IMG/VR virus record: IMGVR_UViG_3300007643_000034 | Location: 1 to 38,094 of that record | From: a virus | Taxonomy: Duplodnaviria > Caudoviricetes | DNA length: 38,094 nt | Direction: 5' to 3' (one strand) | Shown: piece by piece, positions 27,312-36,127 of the stretch | Numbering within the stretch: the first letter of the stretch is position 1 | How the letters are laid out: each line of letters opens with the position of its first letter | The notes under the pieces: generated by a model | Databases searched by the model: none | What the model was told of the DNA's origin: nothing | The model's input: the letters and a program-made list of their open reading frames with translations, nothing else | Made by a program: the position numbers and the translations under genes

Positions 27312-27778
27312 CTGCACCACAATGGACCCTCAGCAAAGTCGAAGACCTGCAAGGCGTGGTCGACGGCGTACAGCAGCAGTTCGACCAAGCGGACTACACC
27401 GAGACCCTGAACGGCATCGCGACCTTCCTGGAAGAACAGCACGCCGAATACTTCAGCGGAGATCACAGTCCGTCAGGTGACGCCTGGCCGGCATTGTCGC
27501 CGTACACCGTAGCTAGGAAAGGCCACGACACGATCCTGGAAGAGTCGAACGCTTTGGAAGAATCGCTCACCGGTCAGACCCCCGACAGCATCCGAGAGGT
27601 AGTGAGTGACGGAAGCCAACACGGCCTCAGTTTCGGCACGTCCGACGAGAAGAGCATTTTCCACCAGGAAGGGACTTCGCGAATCCCTCAGAGAGAACAC
27701 GTTGGGACGAACGAAGAGCAGGTCGACCACATGGCCGAACAAGTTGCCGACGCGGCTGTTCAAGCACTTTTATCTTAA
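27308..27778 (+). CDS. virion morphogenesis protein (Mu gpG / P2 gpS-like)
   Basis: PSGDAWPALSPYTVARK...L..S..L..S...FGT...FHQEGT.RIPQR. Confidence 0.8.
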   Translation: MTAPQWTLSKVEDLQGVVDGVQQQFDQADYTETLNGIATFLEEQHAEYFSGDHSPSGDAWPALSPYTVARKGHDTILEESNALEESLTGQTPDSIREVVSDGSQHGLSFGTSDEKSIFHQEGTSRIPQREHVGTNEEQVDHMAEQVADAAVQALLS

Positions 27779-27802
27779 CCACCCAAATCACCAGAGAGCG
27801 AT

Positions 27803-28108
27803 ATGAGCAAAGAAGCCAACGAAGCCAAAACGCAGAAATCACCCAAGCCAAAACCAGACCCCGACGTGATCGCCAACGAATATCACGGCTGCAAGATAAC
27901 CAGCCACCTGCGCACCGGTGAGCATGTCGTCTCAAGAGACGATCAGGATACGCGGGGGTTCACCACACTGGCCGACGCGATTTACTTTGCTCGGCATGGA
28001 CGGGTGCGACCTGCGGAAGAGAAACAGGATCCAAAGTCGGCTAAGAAGCCAGTGAAGAAGAAGGCCGCCAAGCCGGCCAAGAAAAGTGCCACAGTGGCAC
28101 AAAATTAA
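27803..28108 (+). CDS. hypothetical protein with Lys/Ala-rich tail
   Basis: In operon; ends KKSATVAQN across a palindrome. Confidence 0.6.
   Translation: MSKEANEAKTQKSPKPKPDPDVIANEYHGCKITSHLRTGEHVVSRDDQDTRGFTTLADAIYFARHGRVRPAEEKQDPKSAKKPVKKKAAKPAKKSATVAQN
28086..28100. repeat. 15-bp palindrome copy 12
   Basis: GTGCCACAGTGGCAC at the 3' end of a CDS. Confidence 0.95.
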
Positions 28109-28163
28109 CGAGCAATCAGTGCCAACCTGAACCCACCGACCATACTGAACACAAGGACAAACC

Positions 28164-29078
28164 ATGGGAACGCCGTCACAAGGATCGCTCGCCAGCCTTT
28201 GCGTTGAGCCTGGTGCGTCCGCTCATACGTTCGACAGCAGCAGCGAGCCGTACGAGATCTTACGGGAAACGCTCACTGAGAAGACCGAGATCCTCGACAG
28301 CAACGGGATCCGGGGGACACGCTCACGACATTCTGCGCGAACGCGGTTCGGCCTCAACAACGTCGGCGGATCGATCGTCTTCAATCCTTCTCCCAATGAT
28401 CTCGACAACTGGCTTCCCCGGATTCTGGGCGCCTCAGAATCTACCGATTCCTTTGCACTGGCCGATACGCTGCCAGTGTTCGGCGTGCTGATCGATCGCG
28501 TGGCTGAGACGTTTGAATACAAAGATTGCTCGGTCAACCGTGCGATCTTCCGGGGATCTCCCGGCCAGTTGATCGAGCTTGAACTCGACATTCTGGCCAA
28601 GAGCCAGGCAACAGGCACGAGCTACCCGAGTCTCACGTTAGGGACGGCTAACGTCGACCAGCCGTTTGCGTTCACCGACGGCGCGTTCACCCTTGCTGGG
28701 TCTGCCAGGGACACCATGTCGTTTGAACTCACGATCGACAACTTCCTGGACGCACGATTTGTGAACTCACGGAACGCCGGATCGATCACGCCGCAGGACA
28801 GGCTGATCTCACTGCGCACCACGCACCCGTACACCAGCGACGAAACGGATTTGCTGTCTCAGTCGCTCACCGGCGCCGCGGGGACGATTGTTCTCACCCC
28901 AACCGGCGGCGGCATGTCGGGGGTAAGCACTACGTTCACGTTCGGTCGACTTCAGAACGAGGACGAAGATCCAACGGTTCCCGGCAAGAGCGAAATTTTG
29001 CTGACATTGAACATGATCGCTCGCATGACTGGATCGACCAGGGAACTGGTTGTGACACACGATCCGGCGGCGGCGTAG
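28164..29078 (+). CDS. tail tube (major tail) protein
   Basis: 304 aa, beta-rich, SFELTIDN motif; precedes the chaperone and tape measure genes. Confidence 0.75.
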   Translation: MGTPSQGSLASLCVEPGASAHTFDSSSEPYEILRETLTEKTEILDSNGIRGTRSRHSARTRFGLNNVGGSIVFNPSPNDLDNWLPRILGASESTDSFALADTLPVFGVLIDRVAETFEYKDCSVNRAIFRGSPGQLIELELDILAKSQATGTSYPSLTLGTANVDQPFAFTDGAFTLAGSARDTMSFELTIDNFLDARFVNSRNAGSITPQDRLISLRTTHPYTSDETDLLSQSLTGAAGTIVLTPTGGGMSGVSTTFTFGRLQNEDEDPTVPGKSEILLTLNMIARMTGSTRELVVTHDPAAA

Positions 29079-29096
29079 AAAGATTTCGATAATTTT

Positions 29097-29111
29097 GTGC
29101 CACTGTGGCAC
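29097..29111. repeat. 15-bp palindrome copy 13
   Basis: GTGCCACTGTGGCAC, intergenic. Confidence 0.95.
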
Positions 29112-29236
29112 TCCTTGAATTACTTGATTTTGTTTCTCGCTTCGGCGGCTGCTGCTGGGCCCACTTCGCTCCCCGGCGGCAGTCGCCAGCGATTCAACTA
29201 GAGCGAAACCTGAGCGAAGAACTCTTGGAGCGAATT

Positions 29237-29674
29237 ATGATCTCTGGTTACATTCACGACGGACAGACCAGGCAGGGGTATATCGCCGAAGTCCCACGGC
29301 TTCACCCAGCGTTGCGGTTCACCTATCGAGTGATGCTCGGCGCCGATCGCGCGGTGATCACCGACCTGATTGGCAAGTCCGATCCCAAGCGAGGTGAAAC
29401 GCTGGCTGCCGAAGCTATTGCAAAATACGTCCTATCGTGGGATCTCAAAAACGAGAAGGACGAATCGGTCCCCGTGGAAGCCAAGCATGTTCTGCGATTG
29501 CACCCGGCCTTGGGTGGCGTGCTGTGGTCGATCGTGATTGGTACTCGAGCGCCGGACGCTCTGCCAGACGAGAGCGACGAAGAGTCTTCCAGAGCGTCTG
29601 AGGAAGCGTTTCGTGCTGCTCTGGACGGTTGTTCACCCGAGGAACACGCGGCAAAAAACTCCAAGAAGGCGTAA
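29237..29674 (+). CDS. tail assembly chaperone (gpG-like)
   Basis: GGAG RBS, ATG at 29237; VLSWDLKN; ends at the slippery AKN codons. Confidence 0.75.
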   Translation: MISGYIHDGQTRQGYIAEVPRLHPALRFTYRVMLGADRAVITDLIGKSDPKRGETLAAEAIAKYVLSWDLKNEKDESVPVEAKHVLRLHPALGGVLWSIVIGTRAPDALPDESDEESSRASEEAFRAALDGCSPEEHAAKNSKKA

Positions 29675-30051
29675 CGCTTCTTCTGTTCCACCCAGAGATA
29701 GCGCTACGCGACTGCACCCACTGTCAGAAGTACTTGTACGACGAAGAGAAAGGGGCGCCGGTGATCAGGCGAGGTGAGTTGGTGGAGCGATCACCGGCCA
29801 CGCCACCGCCTTGCAGAGTGCGGACCGGTTGTCCGAAGGGGACGCCGGAGAATAGCCGAGAATTGACGTTTCGGAATCTTGAGGCGTACGGACACTACCT
29901 GGAATGCAAGGCGGTGGGGCGGTTTCCTGACGATTCGATTGTTTTGAGGAACGCAGGTATAATACGGGGAATTGAGGATTCCGTCGTGAGGCGGGATGCG
30001 ATGGAGCAAAAGACTCTCTTGCAAATCCTCATGGCCAAATCCTCTGTATGA
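29653..30051 (+). CDS. -1 frameshift extension of the tail chaperone (gpGT-like)
   Basis: Slippery A AAA AAC at 29653-29659; the -1 frame is open to 30051 and lacks a good start. Confidence 0.7.
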   Translation, partial: KKLQEGVTLLLFHPEIALRDCTHCQKYLYDEEKGAPVIRRGELVERSPATPPPCRVRTGCPKGTPENSRELTFRNLEAYGHYLECKAVGRFPDDSIVLRNAGIIRGIEDSVVRRDAMEQKTLLQILMAKSSV

Positions 30052-30061
30052 GAATCGCACC

Positions 30062-30328
30062 ATGACGCCTCTTGAATTTCGGATCGCTGACCTTCGCGTG
30101 CAGCTCACAAGTCTGCAAATGGCGAACAAGGAAGGGGTGAGAAAGGTATCCAAGGTTCATCCTGAGTTTTCCACCCCAATCGACTACGCCAACATGCAAA
30201 GAGAAGTGGTCAACATGGCGACCAAGCAATACGAGTTCTGTGAAGCCATGCTTGAATTTTTGGATCTGATGCAACCCGACGAAGCTAACGCTGTGAGGTG
30301 GGTCGACGATGAGCGAGACAATTCGTGA
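30062..30328 (+). CDS. hypothetical protein
   Basis: ATG at 30062; overlaps the tape measure start. Confidence 0.5.
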   Translation: MTPLEFRIADLRVQLTSLQMANKEGVRKVSKVHPEFSTPIDYANMQREVVNMATKQYEFCEAMLEFLDLMQPDEANAVRWVDDERDNS

Positions 30329-32105
30329 TGTTGTTATACGTGTTTCACTGGAATCTGATTCCAAGAAATTCAAGATCCCTGAACTCAAGGGTGCCGAAGA
30401 TGGCGTCAAGCAGATCTCTGTGAGGGCCGACTCGGCAAGGAAGTCTGTCGCACAGGTCGCAGAGGAATCCAGCAAGGCTGTCGCGGAAATGAGACAGCTA
30501 TCATCAGAAGCGCAGTCGGCGGGAAAAACGGCGAACGACGCGTTCTCGACAGCCGCAGGAGGCGTGCTTAACTTCGGTCGCGGAATTGCACTCGCTAGTG
30601 TGTCTGGCGAGAAAGACCTCGCCAAAATGGCTGAGGCAATCGTCGGAATTGAAGCCGGCGTCTCTGTTTTTGTTGGCGTGAAAGACGCTATCTTCGGGGT
30701 TGTTGAGGGTGCTCAAGCCATGGCCAGCGCATCTAAAGCTGCGGCGGCGGCGAACTCTGTTGTGGCGACGAGCAACACCGCAGTGGCTACGACGGGCACC
30801 GCAGCTTCCGGCGCGATGATCGGACTTCAAGCGTCGCTTGGACCGATCGTACTCGCAGCAGCGGCTCTCTCGGCGGGGGTTTATCTTCTTGTCCGCGCAT
30901 GGTCCGAAAACGAGAAGAAGGTGAAGGCCAACCAAGAGCGATTGAAGCAGTACGGCCGCACCATGGTCGAGGTGGCGAGGGAGAGTCGGATCGCTAAGGC
31001 CGACATAGCGATAGGCGGACTGGGTCGCGTTGCTGGCACACTCGAAGGTGCAGGGCTGCTCGGCGAGTCTCTAACCGTCCGTGAAGAGCAGAAGAAGGCA
31101 GCGGCTCAAGCCGTAGCCAGACAAAAGAAAACCCTAGGTAGCGACCAGTCTTCGATCCAGGCTGCGGCCAGAGACGCTGAAGGCGCTACCGAGAAGGTTC
31201 GCAAACTCCGCTCTGAGATCGGGAGCCTGCAAGACACGATCCGCAAGATAGACTCCACGAGCCAGGATGGGTTCGGCGGACTTGGCGCCAGTTCGCAAGA
31301 CGAGTCGCGACTGTCCGTTAAGCAGCAGGAGTTGACGAAGGCTCTGGCGGATCAGGCGAGGTTTCAAGAGCGGCTCAAGGATACACGGTTGCAAGCTGCT
31401 AAGAGTGCGGAACAACTTCTCAAATTTACCGACCAGCAAATCGAAGCGGAAGAGAGCGTCCGCGCGACCGCGAGGGCAATTGTTGAGGAACGGCGAAAGG
31501 CGATCCAGTTGCGGCGGGACGAAATCAAATCAGCCAAGGAACTGTATGAGGCAGAGCGAAACCGACAGAAGGACGAAGCAACGCGGGTTGGGGAACTGCT
31601 CGCCGATCCAAGACGCCTGCAACAGTTTCAGCAGCAATCAAAAAAGGTGCAGGCCGCTGGGGCCAGTGCTTCGGCGAGGGATCTTGTGCGTCTGCGGGAA
31701 CTTGGCGGCGGACTTGCTGACTCGTTCGCCAACTCGCGGCTAAGCGACCTAGGAACAGCGGCACTGAGAAAGAGCGACTTTCTCAAGTCGACACGCGAGC
31801 GGTTTGCTGTCGAACGCGACGAGTCAGGCCGAGTCTCGACGCGAGGAACAGGTAGGTTTGGCGCTGGCGTAGGCGATACGTTCGCTGGAATTAGAGCCGT
31901 TGTTGGCGCCGAGAAAGATCTGAACGAAGGGTTGAGCGAAGCAGTGCGCGAACTCGGAACGCTCAAAGAGACAGAAGCCAAGTCGACCAGGGAACTGGTG
32001 GAGATCGTCAAAGGTCTGGTACGCGATCGCCAGGTGACCGCCGCGGAAGTTGAGCAGATCAAGAGCGGGCTGAAGCTCGCGCAGGGAGCAAGGAGGCAGG
32101 GCTAG
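30309..32105 (+). CDS. tail tape measure protein
   Basis: Ala/Gly-rich helical protein with a hydrophobic patch, following the chaperones. Confidence 0.75.
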   Translation: MSETIRDVVIRVSLESDSKKFKIPELKGAEDGVKQISVRADSARKSVAQVAEESSKAVAEMRQLSSEAQSAGKTANDAFSTAAGGVLNFGRGIALASVSGEKDLAKMAEAIVGIEAGVSVFVGVKDAIFGVVEGAQAMASASKAAAAANSVVATSNTAVATTGTAASGAMIGLQASLGPIVLAAAALSAGVYLLVRAWSENEKKVKANQERLKQYGRTMVEVARESRIAKADIAIGGLGRVAGTLEGAGLLGESLTVREEQKKAAAQAVARQKKTLGSDQSSIQAAARDAEGATEKVRKLRSEIGSLQDTIRKIDSTSQDGFGGLGASSQDESRLSVKQQELTKALADQARFQERLKDTRLQAAKSAEQLLKFTDQQIEAEESVRATARAIVEERRKAIQLRRDEIKSAKELYEAERNRQKDEATRVGELLADPRRLQQFQQQSKKVQAAGASASARDLVRLRELGGGLADSFANSRLSDLGTAALRKSDFLKSTRERFAVERDESGRVSTRGTGRFGAGVGDTFAGIRAVVGAEKDLNEGLSEAVRELGTLKETEAKSTRELVEIVKGLVRDRQVTAAEVEQIKSGLKLAQGARRQG

Positions 32106-32362
32106 TCAATTCCGCCTTTTTGCTTTATCAAGTCCCGGAGAGACTCCTTCATCTTCCTGAGTTCGCTTTCCTCTTCCTCAATGTACGCAAGATCCGAGTC
32201 GCTGTTACTGATTCTCCTGAACGTAGCGAGTTGATCCTCTTTCTTCTCGATGTCCAGTTCAAGAATGCGTATTTCCGCTTCGATTTGATCCTGTCTGCTC
32301 GGCCCGCAGCCGCCAGATGTCATGGCGAGAATCCCAGCTATAGCCAATAGTAACCATTTCAT
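32102..32362 (-). CDS. small lipoprotein (coiled coil)
   Basis: MKWLLLAIAGILAMTSGGC lipobox-like signal; ATGA overlap with the upstream gene. Confidence 0.65.
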   Translation of the reverse strand: MKWLLLAIAGILAMTSGGCGPSRQDQIEAEIRILELDIEKKEDQLATFRRISNSDSDLAYIEEEESELRKMKESLRDLIKQKGGID

Positions 32363-33459
32363 TCTTGCACCTCGCCTTCGCTCTGAACGCCTTGAGGCGA
32401 AGAGCTTTCGTAAAATTTCGGCGCCGACCTGATTTCGTCAGCAAAGCTGTAAATGTCGTCGAGAGAAGCGATAGCGTGCCGAGTTACCTGTTTGTTTTCG
32501 TCGAACAGCCCCAGGTACTTTTTCGAGGAATTAAAGTACATCCGGCATATCGGCTTGCGGTTGTTATCGTCCAAAAGGACGCCGCAATAGCTCTGCGTGT
32601 CGCGCATAAAGACGCGATCTGGTGACACGGCCTCTCGCAAGATCGACTTGATAATGTAGAAGCCTTCAATTTCTTCGTCCGTAGTTTCGATCAAGCTTTC
32701 TTCGCTGGCTGGCTCCGTTTCCTCTTCCTTAACCCGCACATCGGACGAGGGGTCCAAGACAGTTTTCAGCCGCTTATTGATCTGGTCACTTACGAAGAGG
32801 TGCAGTGCTCGCTTGGTCAAGCCGCCAAACTGCTCCAGGACGGATTGGGTGATTCGGCCAGAGTAAAGCCGGCTGGAGAAAATGCGTATGAATTCGTCAG
32901 ATGGGTTGACCCACTCCTCAGCGAGGATGCGTTTAATTCCCTTGACGTATTTCAGTTCGTTCGCAGTCGAGAGGATGTTGTCGAGGTCAAAAGCATCCTT
33001 GGAGAACTTCTTCAACTCGTTGGCTACTGCGTCGGTGATTTGAAGCAGGCTGAACTCAAAAAATGGAAGCTTGTCCATTTTGTTAGGCTGCTCCAGGTCC
33101 GTGAAGAATCGGAAATCGACTCCGTTTGTCAGCACGCCAAACCTAGCTTCGGTGACCGTGAAGTAGCGGAATAACTGCGAGGCGTGCTCTCGCTCTAGGT
33201 TAGCGCCGAGTTTCTTGCACTCGATAAGGATCATCGGATTTCCGCGAATCTTTATCGCGTAGTCAACCTTCTCGCCCTTTTTTACGCCCACATCGGCAGT
33301 CAGTTCAGGGACCACTTCCAGAGGGTCAAACACGTTGTAGCCAAGCGAGTTGATGAACGGCATTATCAACGCGTTCTTGGTGGCTTCTTCCGTTTCGAGG
33401 TGTCCTTCAAGTTGCGGAATTTTCGAGGACAGATCCCTCAGTCGGTCGATTAGGTCCAT
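32359..33459 (-). CDS. stand-alone HsdR N-terminal (type I restriction-like PD-(D/E)xK) domain protein
   Basis: TEEATKNALIMPFINSLGYNVFDP.EVVPE...GEKVDYAI...LIECK...QLFRYF...LTNG. Confidence 0.88.
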   Translation of the reverse strand: MDLIDRLRDLSSKIPQLEGHLETEEATKNALIMPFINSLGYNVFDPLEVVPELTADVGVKKGEKVDYAIKIRGNPMILIECKKLGANLEREHASQLFRYFTVTEARFGVLTNGVDFRFFTDLEQPNKMDKLPFFEFSLLQITDAVANELKKFSKDAFDLDNILSTANELKYVKGIKRILAEEWVNPSDEFIRIFSSRLYSGRITQSVLEQFGGLTKRALHLFVSDQINKRLKTVLDPSSDVRVKEEETEPASEESLIETTDEEIEGFYIIKSILREAVSPDRVFMRDTQSYCGVLLDDNNRKPICRMYFNSSKKYLGLFDENKQVTRHAIASLDDIYSFADEIRSAPKFYESSSPQGVQSEGEVQE

Positions 33460-33496
33460 GCTTTGTTGCCCTTAAGAGAGGAAAGTAAGGGAACCT

Positions 33497-33526
33497 ATTT
33501 TAACCACCTGGGTGAGGTGCTCGCAA
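33497..33526 (-). promoter_or_regulatory. sigma70-type promoter for the HsdR_N gene
   Basis: TTGCGA-N18-TAAAAT. Confidence 0.45.
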
Positions 33527-33543
33527 CAATCAAATGCGAGCGC

Positions 33544-33577
33544 AAAAAAAAGGCCGTCTCGGCAGAAGAGACGGCCT
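33544..33577 (-). terminator. intrinsic terminator
   Basis: AGGCCGTCTC-loop-GAGACGGCCT followed by a T run on the minus strand. Confidence 0.85.
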
Positions 33578-33690
33578 AAAATCTTGTAACCCACGACGAA
33601 TCGTGAGTTGCCGGGATGGTGATTGAATTCGGCAGCAACGAATTCAACCTACTTCACTAGGAGTCAGTGTAGGTTTCACAGACTATACTG

Positions 33691-33719
33691 AGCATAGTGT
33701 ACGTATTCGGTCTGGTCAA
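33691..33719 (-). promoter_or_regulatory. sigma70-type promoter of a putative sRNA
   Basis: TTGACC-N17-TATGCT. Confidence 0.65.
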
Positions 33720-33736
33720 CTGCCAATCTTTAACAC

Positions 33737-33973
33737 TTATGCATCTTTGAAGTTTGAAGACTCGAATTTCAAGCTGCAGTGATGGCAGGTAACGGTTTCC
33801 GGCTGCATAACGAAATCCCCGTGCTCCCACGGCTGAATGCCGTGATCTTCACGAAGCTCCGTGGTCTCTTCGGACGAAAATTCACGCACGACAGCACGAG
33901 AAAAATTTTCTCGGTCGCACTCTGGACAGTCCCAGGAAAACGCTGGCCTAAGTTCCACCATTTTTGCGTTCAC
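33737..33973 (-). CDS. Zn-ribbon protein
   Basis: WDCPEC...VTCHHC. Confidence 0.65.
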   Translation of the reverse strand: MNAKMVELRPAFSWDCPECDRENFSRAVVREFSSEETTELREDHGIQPWEHGDFVMQPETVTCHHCSLKFESSNFKDA

Positions 33974-34096
33974 TTTCTACCGGAATTTTTGTACACTGGA
34001 CGGCGGTTGAGGGCTGATACCACGCTAGTTCTCGCAGCAAGAGAACCAGCACTCTCTAAATTCAGCCCATGTAGGTTTTATAGGAGGTTTAGCCCC

Positions 34097-34267
34097 ATGG
34101 CTAAATCGAAGAACAATGGTGGTGCGACACCACCGGGTGACGGTTACGAGTACATTTTTGTCGCATACATCACTCTCCGAAATGGAAAGCGATTGTATGC
34201 ATGGCAGAAAGGTCTCAAAGCGTTCCGAATTCGGGTTAAGAAAGGGGGTCGGCAGAAGGGCTCTTAA
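34097..34267 (+). CDS. small basic protein (56 aa)
   Basis: AGGAGG RBS at 34082; MAKSKNNGG...YIFVAYITLRNGKRLYAWQKGLKAFRIRVKK. Confidence 0.7.
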   Translation: MAKSKNNGGATPPGDGYEYIFVAYITLRNGKRLYAWQKGLKAFRIRVKKGGRQKGS

Positions 34268-34429
34268 TCCGAAATGAGCTGATCGTCCTGTCGGGTCTTG
34301 TTCCGGCAGGGCGATTTTTACTTTAGTCGAGCGATATGTCTGTTGCAAGGATTTGGATGATACAATTTTCTTTGTCTCAAGCCAACATCAATGTCGTTAG
34401 TCAAACCGTTGAGTAACGATTCAAGCGAG

Positions 34430-34675
34430 TTATCGCATTCGCTGGTACCACTCTAGAGCCGCTTCCGCTCGATCCCGGCGTTCGCGAGCGGCAACGAGGT
34501 CCATGAACCTCTCTGCGCTGTCGCCCCCTTGGTGCTCGACTGAGGTGACCCAGGACGCCTCGGTGCTGGCTTCCTCTGAGAGACAGTCGGCTACGTGTTG
34601 GGTGAGAGCTTCCCGGTGGTCGGTGGTGGGGCCGGCGCCGAGGATCGAGAGTAGGACGAGAATGAGGTGCAACAT
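34430..34675 (-). CDS. small exported protein
   Basis: Hydrophobic N-terminus; starts 8 nt after the upstream stop. Confidence 0.55.
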   Translation of the reverse strand: MLHLILVLLSILGAGPTTDHREALTQHVADCLSEEASTEASWVTSVEHQGGDSAERFMDLVAARERRDRAEAALEWYQRMR

Positions 34676-34683
34676 GGTTTTTC

Positions 34684-35109
34684 TTACTTGCTTCTAGCAA
34701 AACCGATTGCAGCGAGGATTCCGCCTCCGAAGAAAATCAGACCCGGAAGGACGATCACAAGCAGCCACATTGCCACGGGGTGCGCCTGAGACATCGATTT
34801 GCCGTCGGACTCAATGAAGTCCTTCGCCATGCAAGCGATCGTTGGTCCCAGTCCAGCAATGAACGTACCCACGGCCGCGTGAACACCAGGTCTCGCCCAA
34901 ACTGGAGGCTGCTTCTTAACCAGACCCGATTCCTTTAACACCCGGTGAGCGTCCTCGACATGCGGAACAAGCACCATTTCGGCGTTCTTCGATCGAGCAA
35001 TTTCTTCCGCCACAGTGGACAGGCTGTCCGAGAACTGTTCAGCAATTTCTTCGGCGCAGGCTAAGGCTTCGCTGCTTTGTGGAATTGAAGAGCGTTCATT
35101 CGGCGCCAC
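34684..35109 (-). CDS. histone-fold-like protein with two C-terminal transmembrane helices
   Basis: SSEALACAEEIAEQFSDSLSTVAEEIARSKNAEMVLVPHVEDAHRVL fits the histone alpha2-L2-alpha3 pattern; two hydrophobic segments follow. Confidence 0.6.
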   Translation of the reverse strand: MAPNERSSIPQSSEALACAEEIAEQFSDSLSTVAEEIARSKNAEMVLVPHVEDAHRVLKESGLVKKQPPVWARPGVHAAVGTFIAGLGPTIACMAKDFIESDGKSMSQAHPVAMWLLVIVLPGLIFFGGGILAAIGFARSK

Positions 35110-35422
35110 GACAGTCCTCTGCGAAGACCTGACAGAACGTCTGCAGTTCTAGCATTGCTTGCTTCTGATCGTCGCTCAGGTGCGGCGTACAATCTTGCAG
35201 TTGCTTGAGACTTTGGCAAAGCGTTTCCGCGGCATCGGCAATGTCGCAACTGTCCACGAGCGGCATGCCGCTTGGTGTGCGCCCGGCGGTGTTCTTCGCA
35301 GCCATCCTCAAGATAGTCTCTGAGAACTCACCAGACATCTCACGCAACAACGCACTTGCGTTGCGTTCGATAGCGAATTGAGGGGTTGCGTTGTCTGTCG
35401 CCACTTTGATCTCCCGCCGCAT
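35096..35422 (-). CDS. soluble histone-fold-like protein
   Basis: IERNASALLREMSGEFSETILRMAAKNT...LVDSCDIADAAETL; the true start may be GTG at 35404 after GGGAG. Confidence 0.55.
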   Translation of the reverse strand: MRREIKVATDNATPQFAIERNASALLREMSGEFSETILRMAAKNTAGRTPSGMPLVDSCDIADAAETLCQSLKQLQDCTPHLSDDQKQAMLELQTFCQVFAEDCRGAE

Positions 35423-35651
35423 CCATGCCGGTTACATTGCCCATCAGCATTATTCTTCGGCTGCTTAGGGGTGTCAACTGGACCAAACCCTGCACCCATT
35501 TGACGTTACCGATACGTTGGGTTGGTCTTGCTAGCAGGCCGCTAGCAAGTCGAATAGAAAAGAAACGCCGTCCGCAGGCCTTGGTTGTTAGTTTCCCACG
35601 GAAACAGTTTTACCCACGGACGGCGCTAAGTCATTCTAGTCGCTGCCAACT

Positions 35652-36038
35652 TCACGCAGTAGGCGCCACGTGCATTGCCAGCTTGGTTACCACCAACTGG
35701 TTCAGCGAAACCCCTTCTGCTTCCGCTTCACTCACCAGAGCTTTATGAAGCGATTTGGCCATGCGGACATGAAGCGAGCCGCTGTACTCTCGTTTGGCCT
35801 CGCCAGCGTCGTTCAGCATTGGCTCAGCCTCTTCTAGCTCTCGGACGATCTTCCAGACGGCTTCGTATTCCTCCGTCTTGGCGAACGCTACACGCGAAGA
35901 CTTCGTAGGGAACAGTTCAGCGGACTTTCCAGTAGGTCCAAAGATCGCGTTGTTGGCTTGAACGTAGTTCGCTCCACCGTCGCGCAGCGATTCGGCAAAG
36001 CGAAGCACCTGTACGGCGCGGTACCTGATAGTTGCCAT
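35652..36038 (-). CDS. HicB-family-like protein with C-terminal ribbon-helix-helix
   Basis: YSGSLHVRMAKSLHKALVSEAEAEGVSLNQLVVTKLA; likely ATG at 36038. Confidence 0.75.
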   Translation of the reverse strand: MATIRYRAVQVLRFAESLRDGGANYVQANNAIFGPTGKSAELFPTKSSRVAFAKTEEYEAVWKIVRELEEAEPMLNDAGEAKREYSGSLHVRMAKSLHKALVSEAEAEGVSLNQLVVTKLAMHVAPTA

Positions 36039-36127
36039 AGTGTCTTGTTCCTCGGGTAGAGTGTTTATGAACAGCAACCGGCCGGGGGCGAGTCTTGCCG
36101 CCCCCGGCTTGGATTGCTTTGCGTCGC

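Noticed and set aside
35527-35620. Inverted repeat CTTGCTAGC/GCTAGCAAG and direct repeat CCCACGGA x2 upstream of the histone-fold pair
   Set aside because: Possibly an operator, but I found no convincing promoter or second copy to support it.
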